Below, one piece after another: positions 1 to 10,064 of a DNA stretch of 64,000 nt. The position numbers and the translations under genes are program-made. The notes beneath the pieces were generated by a model. That model searched no databases. It saw nothing but the letters and a program-made list of their open reading frames with translations, and was not told the DNA's origin. The DNA comes from Pirellulales bacterium. Its GTDB lineage: Bacteria; Planctomycetota; Planctomycetia; Pirellulales; JAICIG01. The DNA is taken from positions 121,220 through 185,219 of the forward strand of contig JBBDYJ010000031.1 of the NCBI GenBank assembly GCA_040901675.1. Direction: 5' to 3'. Each line of letters starts with the position of its first letter. The first letter of the stretch is position 1.

Positions 1-653
<653 letters not shown>

Positions 654-931
654 GCCAAGGGCTTCGGTGAGCAAAACAATCCTCGAAAAAAACCAAGAAA
701 AACGGCTGCGGCTGGACCGCCGGGCAAGGCGGGGCAACGGCGACGCGCGTCGCCGAGCGCAAGACGGCACCAAGCAGGCTGCCCCGAGCGCCTGGCAGGC
801 CACAGCGGCAGAGAACCGTCCGGCAGGTATTCTAGTGTATACCACCCGTCAAGGAGAACGGCAGATGGGTGCGTTTTTCGGCCCTTTCCGGCTGGTTCAT
901 GCCGATTGAAACGCCGAAGGCCGGCATGTAG

Positions 932-959
932 TTGACATTCGTACACTACTCGCTAGAAT
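932..959 (+). promoter_or_regulatory. Sigma70-type promoter
   Basis: TTGACA (932-937), 16-nt spacer, TAGAAT (954-959), upstream of AAGGAG RBS and ATG at 1002. Confidence 0.6.
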
Positions 960-1001
960 GACGGCTGAGATGAATAGTTGGCCCTCGAAAGGAGAGAAAA
1001 C

Positions 1002-1202
1002 ATGGGTCTGGCAAGCCTGCAAAGCCCTGCCGCGGCGCACGGCCTCTGGCACATCAGCGACGTGCTGGAGGAATTGCTGGGCGAGCTGCTGGCCGAGCGA
1101 TGCTTCGCCTCATCGGCCGCCGATTCACCCAACGAGCTCGCGCCGTTGGAGGAGTGCGGCGCCGGCGTGGGGCTGGGCTCGATGGCCGAGGTGATCGGAT
1201 AG
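1002..1202 (+). CDS. Small hypothetical protein (66 aa)
   Basis: In frame with ORF 978..1202; AAGGAGA RBS before ATG 1002; promoter upstream. Confidence 0.5.
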   Translation: MGLASLQSPAAAHGLWHISDVLEELLGELLAERCFASSAADSPNELAPLEECGAGVGLGSMAEVIG

Positions 1203-1444
1203 GGCACCGGCGAAAGGAGGAAGGAGGAAAGAGGAAGGAGGAGAAATGCGGCGGGGACCCAGCATAAGGAGCCGCTGTAGGAGCGGAGCGTGAAGCGTCC
1301 TCGCTGGCGCCCCTCGACGGGCTCGGGGCGGGTCGAGCCCGCCGAGACCCGCGTCGGGTTAGTGTGGCGGCTGCCGCGGGCACTGCCTCTCGCGCACTGC
1401 TTCTCAGGGACACCAGGGCGTCCTCTCCAAGCAGTGGCACTACG

Positions 1445-2833
1445 CTAGGTCAGGATTTCGTGGACGACGCGGCCGGCGACGTCGGTGAGGCGGAAATCGC
1501 GGCCCGCGTAGCGATAGGTCAATTGCTTGTGGTCGATGCCCAGCAGGTGCAGGATCGTCGCGTGGTAGTCGTGGACGTGTACCGGGTCGGCCGCGATGTT
1601 TGCCCCGTAGTCGTCGGTCTGGCCGTAGGCGATGCCTCCCTTGACGCCGGCCCCCGCCAAGAGGCAGGTGAAAGCATTGGCCCAGTGGTTGCGCCCCTTG
1701 CCGTTGTCGCTCCAGGGAGTGCGGCCGAACTCGGTGCAGATGGCCACCAGCGTCTGGTCCAACAGGCCTCGCCGCTTCAAGTCCACCAGAAGCGCGGCGA
1801 TCGCCTTGTCGACGCGGGCCGCCTTGGCGCGGTGCTGCTGCATGTCGCCGTGGGCGTCCCAGTTGTCGTGCGAGCCGGTGTCGATCAGCTCGAGCACGCG
1901 CACGCCGCGCTCCGACAGCCTGCGGGCGATCAGGCATTGCCAGGCGAACGACGTGCTGTCGCCGCCGGCCAGCCCGTACGATTCGAGCGTCGAGGCAGTC
2001 TCGCGCGAGAGGTCGAAGATCTCCGGTGCCTCGCGCATCATGCCACGGGCGACGTCGAAACTGTCCATCCTGGCCGGCAGGCTCAGGTCGCCCGCGCGGG
2101 CACGAGCGTGCAGCTCGTTCACGTCGCGGAGCATGATCTGCTCCAGATCGGCCAGCGTCACCGAGAGGGCCGGCGACGCCAGGTCCTGGATGGGCCGGTT
2201 GCCGGGCACCAGGCGAACGCCCTGGTGGTAAGGAGGCAGGAAGTTGTTGTCCCAGACTTGGGCGCCGGCGTACGGCAGGTGTTCGGCCAGCACCATGTAC
2301 GAAGGGAGATTGGCGTTGAACGTCCCCAGCCCATAGCTGAGCCAGCAGCCGATGCTGGGCATCGGCACCGTGGATGAGCCGGTGTGCATGGCCAGCGTGG
2401 CCTGGAAGTGCTCCAGGATGTCGGTGTGCAGCGTGCGGATCACGCACAATTCGTCGGCCACGCCGGCCAGGTGCGGGAACAGCTCGCTGATCGGCAGGCC
2501 GGACTGCCCATGCCGGCCGAACTGAAACGGCGAAGCCAGCAGCGGCTCGCGCGTGACCTCGCGGAGGCTTTCGGCCGGCACCACCTTGCCATGGTCGGCC
2601 GCGAGCTTCGGCTTGGGATCGAACGTGTCGACGTGCGAGAAGCCGCCGGTCAGGAAGATGAAGATCATCTGCCTGGCCTTCGGTTCGAAGTGGGCCCGCT
2701 TCGGCGCCAGCGGATGGCCTTCGTAAGCCTGGGCCGCCAGCGCCAGCGACGGGTAGAGACCGCCGCAGGCCGCCGTCAGGCACGTCGCGTGCTTAAGGAA
2801 GTCTCGCCGATCGAAAGCCGTACACTTGGCCAT
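1445..2833 (-). CDS. DUF1501 family protein with Tat signal
   Basis: DRRDFLK Tat motif; IFIFLTGGFSHVDTFDPKP, WDAH, TEFGRTP, GRNHW, HVHDYHATILHLLGID motifs. Confidence 0.92.
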   Translation of the reverse strand: MAKCTAFDRRDFLKHATCLTAACGGLYPSLALAAQAYEGHPLAPKRAHFEPKARQMIFIFLTGGFSHVDTFDPKPKLAADHGKVVPAESLREVTREPLLASPFQFGRHGQSGLPISELFPHLAGVADELCVIRTLHTDILEHFQATLAMHTGSSTVPMPSIGCWLSYGLGTFNANLPSYMVLAEHLPYAGAQVWDNNFLPPYHQGVRLVPGNRPIQDLASPALSVTLADLEQIMLRDVNELHARARAGDLSLPARMDSFDVARGMMREAPEIFDLSRETASTLESYGLAGGDSTSFAWQCLIARRLSERGVRVLELIDTGSHDNWDAHGDMQQHRAKAARVDKAIAALLVDLKRRGLLDQTLVAICTEFGRTPWSDNGKGRNHWANAFTCLLAGAGVKGGIAYGQTDDYGANIAADPVHVHDYHATILHLLGIDHKQLTYRYAGRDFRLTDVAGRVVHEILT

Positions 2834-2891
2834 GATTGGTCCTCCCGCGCTCGGCGTCGCCTATCCCAATGTTTTAAGACACGCCCCCAGC

Positions 2892-5267
2892 TCAGTCCAG
2901 ATAAACGAACTCGTTGGACGTCAGGAGTATCCGCGCGTAGCTGGTCCAGGCGGCCGGCTCGATCTGGTCGGCTGCCGTGCCCTGGCGTGCCAGCTCGGCG
3001 GCGTACTGATCAATGTACTGGAGGCCTCGCTCGATCTCCGCGGGCCGCGCGGGGCGTCCCCAGGCCGTCTGGCAGGCCAGGTCGATCCGCCCGGCGGCGT
3101 CGGCCGATTCGGCGAGCAGGCGGCGGGCAAATCCTTCGGCCTGCCGGGTGACAAAAGGATTGTTCATCATGTAGAGGGCTTGCAACGGCACCGTGGCCTG
3201 CGTCCGCACGTCGGTCGAGTAGTTGGTGTCGGGACCATCGAACAGGGCCAGGAACGGGTGCCGCTGAATCCGCTGGGTCATCAGGTACACGCCGCGGTGG
3301 TTCGATTCGTAGACTGCCTTGAACGGCGAGTGCTGCGTCCAGGACCACGACTCGATCGGCGGGAACGGATGCTCGCCCGGCCGAGCCAGGTCGAGGTTGC
3401 CGGCGGCCGCCAGCATTGCGTCGCGAATCGCCTCGGCCTCCAGCCGGCGGCGGTCGTACCGCCAATAGAGCCGGTTGTCCGGATCGCGGGCGGCCGCCGC
3501 CTCATCATCTCCGCCGCCCAACTGGTACGTCTTCGACGACATGATCAGCCGGTGCAGGTCCTTGACGTGCCAGCCGCCGTCGACAAAGGCCGCCGCGAGC
3601 CAGTCGAGCAGCTCCGGGTGCGTGGGCGGCGCTCCGCGGACTCCGAAGTTCGATGGGGTTGCGACGATCCCCTTGCCGAAGTGGTGCTGCCAGACCCGGT
3701 TGACCATCACCCGCGCGGTGAGCGGGTGGTCGGGGCGAGTCAGCCAGCGGGCGAGCTGGAGCCTGCCGCTGGCGCCGGAGGGGATCTCCAGCTTTTCTCC
3801 CTTGGAAAGGAAGCCCGGCACGCCGCGCGGTACGACCGGCCCCGCATCCCGCGGTTCACCGCGGACTTGCAGCGGCACGTCGTGCGGCTGCCCTTCGGTT
3901 ACGGCGTAGGCGCCGCTCACGCCTGCAGGCAGCCCGGGGCGCCGCAGGATTCGCAGCTCGGCTTTGAGCGCGTCGACCTTCGGCCGATCGACCGGCTCTT
4001 GCTTCTCGAGCTGGGCGATCTGGTCTTCCAGCGCCCGGACCGCGGCTTGATGCGATTCGATCGCCGGCCTGGCCTGCTCAGGCGCGGTCAACGGCACGAA
4101 ATGGCTGCGGGGAAACCCCTTGGACATCAGCTCTTCCGAGCCGGCGTACGGGTACTGGGTGCTGGCGAAGAACCCGTACAGCGCGTAGTAATCGTCGATG
4201 GTCACCGGGTCGAACTTGTGATCGTGGCAGCGGGCGCAGCGCAGCGTGAGACCGAGGAACGCCCGGCCAGTCGTCTCGATCGTGTCCTCGATCGAGAGGT
4301 GCCAAAGCTCGAACGGAGCGGTCGCGTACCGCCGCGACAGGGCTACGAAGCCCGTGGCCACGACCCGCTCGGCATACGACTCCGGCGGCCCCTCGCCGTC
4401 CGGAGTGCTGCCGGCCAGGATGTCGCCCGCAAGCTGCTCTTGGACAAATTGGTCGTATGGCTTGTCGGCGTTGAACGAGTCGATGATGTAATCGCGGTAC
4501 AGCCGGGCTTCGGGCACCGGGTAGTCGGCATTGTCGCCCGCCGTGTCGGCGTAACGGACGACATCCATCCAATGGCGCCCCCAGCGCTCGCCGTAGTGCG
4601 GTGAGGCGAGCAATCGCTCGACCACCTGGTCGAAGGCGGCCGGCGACTCATCGGCCAGAAAGGCTGCCACTTCGTCGCGGGTGGGAGGCAGTCCGATCAG
4701 GTCGAACGTTGCCCGGCGGATCAGCGTACGCTTGTCGGCCGGTCGCAGGGGCGCAAGATCTTGGTCGGCCAGGGCTGCCATGATGAACCGATCGATCGGG
4801 TGATCCGACCAGCCGCTGGTGTCCGCGGGCGGAGCGATCCGTTCGACCGGCTGAAAAGCCCAGTGCGCGAGCGGAGAGGCCGTCTCGGCGCCGAGCGGCG
4901 GCTCGTGGTCGGGCCAAGGCGCGCCCGCTTTGACCCAGGCCACGAAGGCGGTGATCGACTCGTCATCGAGCCGCTCGTCGGGCGGCATCTTCGGTTCGCC
5001 CGTATGGAGGATGGCCCGGATCAAGAGGCTCTTGTCCGGTTCGCCGGGGACGATGGCCGGGCCGCTTTGGCCGCCTTCGATCAGCGCCTCCCGTGAGTCG
5101 GCCCGCAGCCCCGCCTCACCGTCCTCAGCATGGCAATTCAGGCAGGTTCCCGCCAGGATGGGCCGAATGTTCAACTCGAACCAATCTTCGTCGGCCGGCG
5201 ACTGGGCCTGGCCAACCGATTGGAGGCAGACGAGCAACAGCGGGAGCAGGGCGGCGGGCTTGGGCAT
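2892..5267 (-). CDS. Planctomycete cytochrome c / DUF1549 / DUF1553 (PSCyt1-PSCyt2-PSD1) protein
   Basis: Signal peptide; CLNCH; HWAFQP; YGERWGRHWMDVVRYADT; CARCHDHKFDP; TARVMVNRVWQHHFG; THPELLDWLA; upstream of a DUF1501 gene. Confidence 0.93.
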   Translation of the reverse strand: MPKPAALLPLLLVCLQSVGQAQSPADEDWFELNIRPILAGTCLNCHAEDGEAGLRADSREALIEGGQSGPAIVPGEPDKSLLIRAILHTGEPKMPPDERLDDESITAFVAWVKAGAPWPDHEPPLGAETASPLAHWAFQPVERIAPPADTSGWSDHPIDRFIMAALADQDLAPLRPADKRTLIRRATFDLIGLPPTRDEVAAFLADESPAAFDQVVERLLASPHYGERWGRHWMDVVRYADTAGDNADYPVPEARLYRDYIIDSFNADKPYDQFVQEQLAGDILAGSTPDGEGPPESYAERVVATGFVALSRRYATAPFELWHLSIEDTIETTGRAFLGLTLRCARCHDHKFDPVTIDDYYALYGFFASTQYPYAGSEELMSKGFPRSHFVPLTAPEQARPAIESHQAAVRALEDQIAQLEKQEPVDRPKVDALKAELRILRRPGLPAGVSGAYAVTEGQPHDVPLQVRGEPRDAGPVVPRGVPGFLSKGEKLEIPSGASGRLQLARWLTRPDHPLTARVMVNRVWQHHFGKGIVATPSNFGVRGAPPTHPELLDWLAAAFVDGGWHVKDLHRLIMSSKTYQLGGGDDEAAAARDPDNRLYWRYDRRRLEAEAIRDAMLAAAGNLDLARPGEHPFPPIESWSWTQHSPFKAVYESNHRGVYLMTQRIQRHPFLALFDGPDTNYSTDVRTQATVPLQALYMMNNPFVTRQAEGFARRLLAESADAAGRIDLACQTAWGRPARPAEIERGLQYIDQYAAELARQGTAADQIEPAAWTSYARILLTSNEFVYLD

Positions 5268-5424
5268 GCTGTGTTCCAGGCGGGATTCTGAGCGGTGCCG
5301 CTTGCGCCCATTAACTTATCCGAAGTTCGCCCCGATTGCGAGCAAGCTATACCTTGGATATGCCTCCAAGCCCGTCGGAAACCGGGGATTAGCGGGGCCT
5401 GGCCGTTCAGCGAGGTATCAACGC

Positions 5425-5517
5425 ATGTCAGTCGGCGTGTTAGGCATCCTGGCCGCGCTGGCCGTGCTGGCGCTCGTGGGGCTGGTGCTGTGGCTGTTCG
5501 GCGGAGGGCGGCAGTAG
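5425..5517 (+). CDS. Putative 30-aa single-pass membrane protein
   Basis: GAGGT RBS, then MSVGVLGILAALAVLALVGLVLWLFGGGRQ-stop; one uninterrupted hydrophobic helix. Confidence 0.5.
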   Translation: MSVGVLGILAALAVLALVGLVLWLFGGGRQ

Positions 5518-5749
5518 CCGGCCGCCGCGACGGCGCCCAACGGCGCGGGGCCTGCGATCCGCGCCAACGCGGTTTTAACGGTCGTGCCGGCGGTATCGGC
5601 ACAGTCCCAGCGATGCCGCGGGCTGCTCCTGTCGCGGCGGGCGGGAACGGCGCGAATTTTGCTTCCAAGGCGCCGTGGCACGGCGTCGGTGGCCTATGCT
5701 TTTTAATGGGGCGAAGCGCTTTTTTAAGGCGGATTGCGGACGACAGACC

Positions 5750-6145
5750 ATGCACCACGTCGATTCGGTCAGCTTCGATGCTCTGCGAATGCGCCATCCG
5801 AGGCAGGCGATTCGCGATTACATCGAGCAACTGATTCCAACCGTCGACCCGACCATGGACCGCAGGGCCGCCCGCCGTTTCGTCACCACGTTTCCGGCGG
5901 TGGCGGTAGCGCTGAACGAGAACTTCGAGCCGGAGGGGAACCCCTTCGTGGCCCTCGTCCACAACATCTCGACGCACGGGTTGGCCATGGTCCACATCAG
6001 GCCGGTCGCCGCCAAGTACGTCGGCGTCGAGCTGCGGCTTCCTCGCGGGCAAAACGTCCAGGTGATCATTGAGATCACCCGTTGCGAGTTGATCGGTCTG
6101 GACTACGAGATCGCCGGCCGCTTTGTCCACGCACCCGACGAGTAG
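5750..6145 (+). CDS. PilZ-like domain protein
   Basis: RxxxR (RAARR) and NxSxxG (NISTHG) c-di-GMP-binding motifs; C-terminal YEIAGRF strand. Confidence 0.7.
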   Translation: MHHVDSVSFDALRMRHPRQAIRDYIEQLIPTVDPTMDRRAARRFVTTFPAVAVALNENFEPEGNPFVALVHNISTHGLAMVHIRPVAAKYVGVELRLPRGQNVQVIIEITRCELIGLDYEIAGRFVHAPDE

Positions 6146-6425
6146 ACGGCGGCACGGACGCTGGCGCTCTTGCGCGTCCTAAGCGAGCTACCTCACGTCC
6201 CGGCGCGCCGGGATGAGGCCTACCTAACTCTGCCTTTCCGCCGGCCCCTGCATGTTGGCTGAAAACCCGAGATCTCTCCCCAAACGGGGTGCAGGGTTAT
6301 ACGGTTTCTGCCGATTGTACTTTTGAAGGCCCCTTTTCCGCGCACTTGGGGCGCCTGCGTCAGGACATACCGGGCGGGCCGGACTGCCAAGGAACCGTTT
6401 CAGCCAGTTTTCCAGTGACCACGCC

Positions 6426-6950
6426 ATGCGGCAGGCCCTGATCATCATGACATTCTGCTGCCTGGCTCAGGCGGGCTGCCGGTCGTTGCTGGACCCTGCA
6501 TCGATCAGGCTGGTTGAAGAGCCGGCGGCCTTGGAGGCGCAGTTGATGGAAGCGGCTCCTCCGGGCACTCCCATCGAGGCGGCCCGCGGCATGATGGAGC
6601 GAAATGGCTTCGACTGCCGGTACGAAGAGTTTGAAGGCATCAGCTATCTTCACTGCGTCCAGCGCCGGACCAAGCACATCAACCCGGGGTTGGAAGCAGT
6701 CTGGACCGACACCATCTATCACCAGTTGGGCATGGTGCAAAACCACCGCGTCCGCTACGAAGTGGTGCCGGTCGAGCACGGTCTGCCGGTAAGCCGCAGC
6801 AGATCGGGCCGCGGTTCGCGGAACCGCCAGGGGCACCACCATCCAGGGCATCATCACAGGCATGTTCACGAGGCGCCGGCCGAGATGCCCGGTGTGCCGA
6901 CCGACGCGCCCGGCCAGTGGTACATCGAGGAAGCTCCCGCGGTCGACTAG
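6426..6950 (+). CDS. Hypothetical lipoprotein with His-rich C-terminal tract
   Basis: Signal peptide ending LAQAG-C; tract GHHHPGHHHRHVHE. Confidence 0.65.
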   Translation: MRQALIIMTFCCLAQAGCRSLLDPASIRLVEEPAALEAQLMEAAPPGTPIEAARGMMERNGFDCRYEEFEGISYLHCVQRRTKHINPGLEAVWTDTIYHQLGMVQNHRVRYEVVPVEHGLPVSRSRSGRGSRNRQGHHHPGHHHRHVHEAPAEMPGVPTDAPGQWYIEEAPAVD

Positions 6951-7119
6951 GGCCCGCCGCCGCTCCGGGCGGCAGTTGTTCCCTGGACCGACTGACGGAG
7001 CTCGTAAGTTCCCCGCCTCGCTTTCCTGCCCACCGCGCTGCGGCTTGTCAGGTTCGCTTGCCCGGCGGGCAATACACCGGGAAAGATTTGGCGTGGGGGC
7101 CTGGAAGGTGGTCGTCCGG

Positions 7120-7509
7120 ATGCCAACTGCCGCCAAGTCGTCCAAAGCCGCCCGCAAAGGCGCCGCGCGTGGCAGCGGGCGAAAACGCAGGCCACTTGCG
7201 GGCAGGATCCCGGTCACGCCGGCGCGCAAGTTCGGCAGCCACCTCAAAGAGTTGGTCCGCGATGCGGGCATGGCGGCCAAGGACTTCGCCGCCCAGATCG
7301 GACGCAGCGACGACACCGTCTGGTATTGGCTGCGAGGCGAACACGTTCCACACATCGACGAGTGGCCGCGGATTGCCGAGGCCCTGGGCATCGGCAACGT
7401 GCGCGACCTGGTGCCCGACATGCCCGTGCGGCGGCGGCGCGCGGCTCGCAGTCGAAAAGCGCCCCTCGATGGTGCCAAGCCCCGCGGCCGCCGCCAGAGG
7501 AAACGATGA
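7120..7509 (+). CDS. XRE/Cro-family HTH regulator with basic tails
   Basis: FGSHLKELVRDAGMAAKDFAAQIGRSDDTVWYWLRGEHVP...IAEALGI matches the XRE HTH pattern; ATG 7120. Confidence 0.8.
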   Translation: MPTAAKSSKAARKGAARGSGRKRRPLAGRIPVTPARKFGSHLKELVRDAGMAAKDFAAQIGRSDDTVWYWLRGEHVPHIDEWPRIAEALGIGNVRDLVPDMPVRRRRAARSRKAPLDGAKPRGRRQRKR

Positions 7510-7629
7510 AGACGTAACGGTGCCGCCTGAAACGCCGACCCCCATACTGATACCGACTCCGGTAGCGGTTCTCGCGAATACGAAGTAGACTCGATTGGTC
7601 GGAAGCAAGGGTGCGGGGGCGGTTTTCGA

Positions 7630-8355
7630 ATGGCCGACCGCTATTATTCACAGCCCATCGCGGGCGACCGAATCACGCTGGTTGGCCCGGAGGCCCACCA
7701 CTTGGCCCACGTGGCGCGGGCCAGGCCCGGCGACGAGGTGCTCGTGTTCGATGGACTGGGGAGCGAGTTCGCCGCGCGAGTCGAGCGCGTGGGCCGCGGT
7801 GAAGTGGAGTTGGCCATTGTGGGCCGACGCAAGGTCGACCGCGAGCTTCCGCTGGAGCTCTCGGTGGCGGCCGCGCTGCCGAAAGGCGACCGCCAGCGGT
7901 GGCTCGTGGAAAAAGCGGTCGAGCTGGGCGTGACCCGCCTGGTGCCCCTGGTGACGACGCGAGGCGTGGCCCAACCGGTGGAGAAGGCGATTGACCGGCT
8001 GCGCCGCACGGTGATCGAGGCCTCCAAGCAGTGCGGCCGCACGCGGCTCTTGGAGATCGCCGAGCCCGAGCGTTGGGATGCGTTCTGCGCGCGGCAGGCG
8101 GGCAGCCGTTGCCACCGGGCCGTGGCGCATCCCGATGGCGGTGAGCCGGCCCGGTCGCTGTTCGAGTTGCTCGCCCCGCCTCGCCGGGTCGACTCGCTCG
8201 TGCTCGCCGTCGGGCCGGAAGGAGGGTTCACCGCCGAGGAGCTGGCCCAGGCCGCCGCGGCCGGCTGGAGCTTGTTGAGCTTGGGGCCGCGGGTGCTGCG
8301 GGTCGAGACGGCGGTCAGCTATCTGGCGGCGCTGGTGGCGGCGGCCAGTGAATAG
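7630..8355 (+). CDS. rsmE: 16S rRNA m3U1498 methyltransferase RsmE
   Basis: EAHHLAHVAR, KGDR..WLVEKAVELGV, EASKQCGR, VGPEGGFT, LGPRVLRVETA. Confidence 0.95.
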   Translation: MADRYYSQPIAGDRITLVGPEAHHLAHVARARPGDEVLVFDGLGSEFAARVERVGRGEVELAIVGRRKVDRELPLELSVAAALPKGDRQRWLVEKAVELGVTRLVPLVTTRGVAQPVEKAIDRLRRTVIEASKQCGRTRLLEIAEPERWDAFCARQAGSRCHRAVAHPDGGEPARSLFELLAPPRRVDSLVLAVGPEGGFTAEELAQAAAAGWSLLSLGPRVLRVETAVSYLAALVAAASE

Positions 8356-8502
8356 AAGGAGAAGGGAGAGGAAGAGCGACCGCGGAGGACGCAGAGACGC
8401 GCGGAGAAGGACGAAGAAGAGGAAACCACGAAAGACACGAAGACAGAGTGACGGACGAAGACGCTACGGGGTCTCGCGCCAAAGCGCCAAGGCCGGACGA
8501 AG

Positions 8503-9078
8503 CTACTTTGGAGCTGGCTCGGGCTTTGGTTCGTCGGGGGTTGGCTCGTCCCTCACGATGCGGCCGAACAATTTGCCGGCGTGATCCGGCGCGCTCCAGG
8601 TGCCGGCGTACTCGCCGCGGTAGAACAACACGCGGGCGCTGTATGTGCCCAGCACGGGGACTACCGCGTCGGTGAGCGTGATCATCGGCGTGTCGCCGGC
8701 CCATTTCATCTGCAGGGTCAAGGGGATGGTCGGCGCGTTTTCGCCGCCGTACTGAAACTCGAACAACCAGTAGTCGCCCCGCTCGAGCTTCTGGACCTTC
8801 TTCAGCCGATAACTCTCCTCTTTCAGCCCTTTCTCCTCTTCCTGCCCATCGGTAGTGAAGTAGCCGACCAGCCTTGACCCGGACATCGTCTCCTCGAACT
8901 CGCGCTCCAATTCCGCCTGGTCAACCGGCGCGGCCGGCGGCGGCGTGGCGGGCTGGTCCGTTTCAGGCTGAGCTGGCTCGTCCTTCGGGGGCTGAGCATG
9001 GGCACGCATGCCGGCGAGAACGGCCAGCCCCAAACACGCGGCCAGAAGGACGATGACGGCGAAACGTTGCTGTGACAT
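8503..9078 (-). CDS. Secreted hypothetical protein
   Basis: Signal peptide MSQQRFAVIVLLAACLGLAVLAG; beta-rich globular region; typical codon bias. Confidence 0.75.
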   Translation of the reverse strand: MSQQRFAVIVLLAACLGLAVLAGMRAHAQPPKDEPAQPETDQPATPPPAAPVDQAELEREFEETMSGSRLVGYFTTDGQEEEKGLKEESYRLKKVQKLERGDYWLFEFQYGGENAPTIPLTLQMKWAGDTPMITLTDAVVPVLGTYSARVLFYRGEYAGTWSAPDHAGKLFGRIVRDEPTPDEPKPEPAPK

Positions 9079-9155
9079 GGCAGACTGCCTCGGCATATCG
9101 GGACACAAAGTGGGTAATGCTCGCGGGTCTATTGTAACCGGCCGTCTGCCCCCGC

Positions 9156-9932
9156 TCACAAGCTTTGCAGGAACTGCACGGCCTGACCTACTTCCTCTAC
9201 GGGATCGGACGACCGCTCGCGCTCGATGCACCAATAGCCCCGGTAGGCGTGCTCTTCGAGGGCCCCCATCAAAGCGGGAAAATCGGCGCTGCCGCGGCCC
9301 AGGGGCACTTCGACGCCGCGGCCCTGGGCCAGGTCGCGGACTCCATCCTTGGCGTGCACGTAATGAATGTCCGGGCCAAGCGCCTCGATTGCCTCGAGCG
9401 GCGAAAACCCGTTGATGATCAGATTGCCCGGATTCAACGTGGCCGCTAGCGAGCCGGCCGGCAGCGCGGCGATCAGGCGCTTCAGGTCCATCCCGCTTTC
9501 GCTGCCCGTTTCCGCGGCCAACATCACGCCCACGTGCTGGCCGTAAGCGCCCAAGTCGCTGAGAGCCTGGACCAGGTTATGCCAGGCCTGCCCCTCGGGC
9601 TTCGCCGGCACGCGGCCCACCTGGTTGACCAGCACGGCGGCCCGCAGCGAACGGGCAAAGGCGAGCGCCTGCTTGGTCGCTTCGACGCGCCGCTGGAGGT
9701 CGTCGCTGGCGTCGTAACCTCGACGGGTGCGGAAACCGACGGCCGCCACGGACAGCCCCAGGTCGTCCAGCAGCTTGCGCAACTGCCGAAGGCCGGTTTC
9801 CGAGAGATCGTTCGGCTTGATGTCGCCGCGCGCGTCGACCTCGACCGCCGAGGCGCCGAGCTGCTTGGCGACGTGCAGTGCCTGCTTGAAAGGCAGCCGC
9901 AAGCTGCGCAATTGAATGGCGATTTTCCGCAT
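9156..9932 (-). CDS. Sugar phosphate isomerase/epimerase (xylose-isomerase-like TIM barrel)
   Basis: LAAETG, YVHAKDG, EVPLGRGSADF, YRGYWCIERE. Confidence 0.88.
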   Translation of the reverse strand: MRKIAIQLRSLRLPFKQALHVAKQLGASAVEVDARGDIKPNDLSETGLRQLRKLLDDLGLSVAAVGFRTRRGYDASDDLQRRVEATKQALAFARSLRAAVLVNQVGRVPAKPEGQAWHNLVQALSDLGAYGQHVGVMLAAETGSESGMDLKRLIAALPAGSLAATLNPGNLIINGFSPLEAIEALGPDIHYVHAKDGVRDLAQGRGVEVPLGRGSADFPALMGALEEHAYRGYWCIERERSSDPVEEVGQAVQFLQSL

Positions 9933-10064
9933 GTCGGGTGCTTGCGAGACCGTTTATCGGACGCTTGCGAGACCGTTGGCGTTGATCCTGATTGTAGCCG
10001 CGGCCGGCTGCGCGCCCATGGCATCGTGGCCGAGCCGTGAGTTTGGTATGTTTGCCTTCCAGCA

